DNA of 64,000 nucleotides from an uncultured Clostridia bacterium (GTDB lineage Bacteria; Bacillota; Clostridia; Oscillospirales; Acutalibacteraceae): NCBI GenBank assembly GCA_945876745.1, contig CAMCPL010000008.1, positions 8,757 to 72,756 of the forward strand, read 5' to 3'. Shown piece by piece: positions 63,791 to 64,000 of this stretch (position 1 is its first letter; each line of letters starts with the position of its first letter). The notes under the pieces were generated by a model. It saw only the letters and a program-made list of their open reading frames with translations, ran no database searches and was not told where the DNA came from. The position numbers and the translations under genes were made by a program.

Positions 63791-64000
63791 TTAGGTCAGA
63801 TCCGAGAGGTCGGGAATATCTATAATGGGAAGCTTGATATCGTCATTACTTAAAAACATCAGCATATAAATCGGATAATAGACATAATTACCGTTAATCT
63901 CGACATTATAATTTGTAAAAACGAATGCTTCATCTATTGAATAATTTGAAATTTCCAATACATTACTTAGTGCAGAATGGCGTTTATAATCCTTTCCGCT
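63791..64000 (-). CDS. C-terminal end (partial) of AAA ATPase / DUF4143 protein; absent from ORF track
   Basis: Manual translation SGKDYKRHSALSNVL..YSIDEAFVF..NV....YYPIYMLMFL..stop, resembling the PD-(D/E)xK-like tail of AAA_14-DUF4143 proteins. Confidence 0.7.
   Translation of the reverse strand, partial: SGKDYKRHSALSNVLEISNYSIDEAFVFTNYNVEINGNYVYYPIYMLMFLSNDDIKLPIIDIPDLSDLT

Larger units (their letters stand above)
63598..64000. mobile_element. Putative left end of an element inserted in spoVAD
   Basis: Abrupt loss of SpoVAD similarity, drop in GC content, convergent accessory-type gene. Confidence 0.55.

Overview
Chromosomal window from a low-to-mid-GC gut-type anaerobic Firmicute (Clostridia; Oscillospiraceae-like is an inference from gene content). 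It appears to be bracketed by two mobile-element junctions. Left (1-4275): the right end of an AT-rich integrative element. It carries a three-gene cassette (a membrane protein fused to a phage-gp30.3/NADAR domain plus two unknown ORFs), a tyrosine integrase and a displaced, degenerate tRNA-Leu 3' end. Next comes a self-contained tungsten enzyme island (AOR, moaD/moeB/mog, a Moco/Wco-type riboswitch, tupABC, two moeA, moaC, moaA, MOSC; no moaE). It is followed by a Na/Pi symporter and a D-amino-acid transaminase / split D-glutamate cyclase / pxpABC operon with PI-PLC, MBL and PfkB genes. The middle holds nrdG, an unannotated type I toxin-antitoxin-like locus, bsh, zupT, a large secreted PI-PLC, GH127, a PASTA pseudokinase, and tRNA-Asn followed by a 7-hairpin array and a four-helix-bundle gene. 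Core genes follow (hprK-glk-murB-rapZ-whiA-dnaE, pfkA, trmL, nagA, dusB, murA, rlmH), interrupted by a GH51-like/transporter/EEP/MraY-like operon. Right end: spoVAD is cut at about codon 212 and followed by foreign-looking DNA with an AAA/DUF4143 gene, a candidate sporulation-gene-interrupting element. No CRISPR array or rRNA was seen. All family calls come from motif recognition by eye; no database searches were run.
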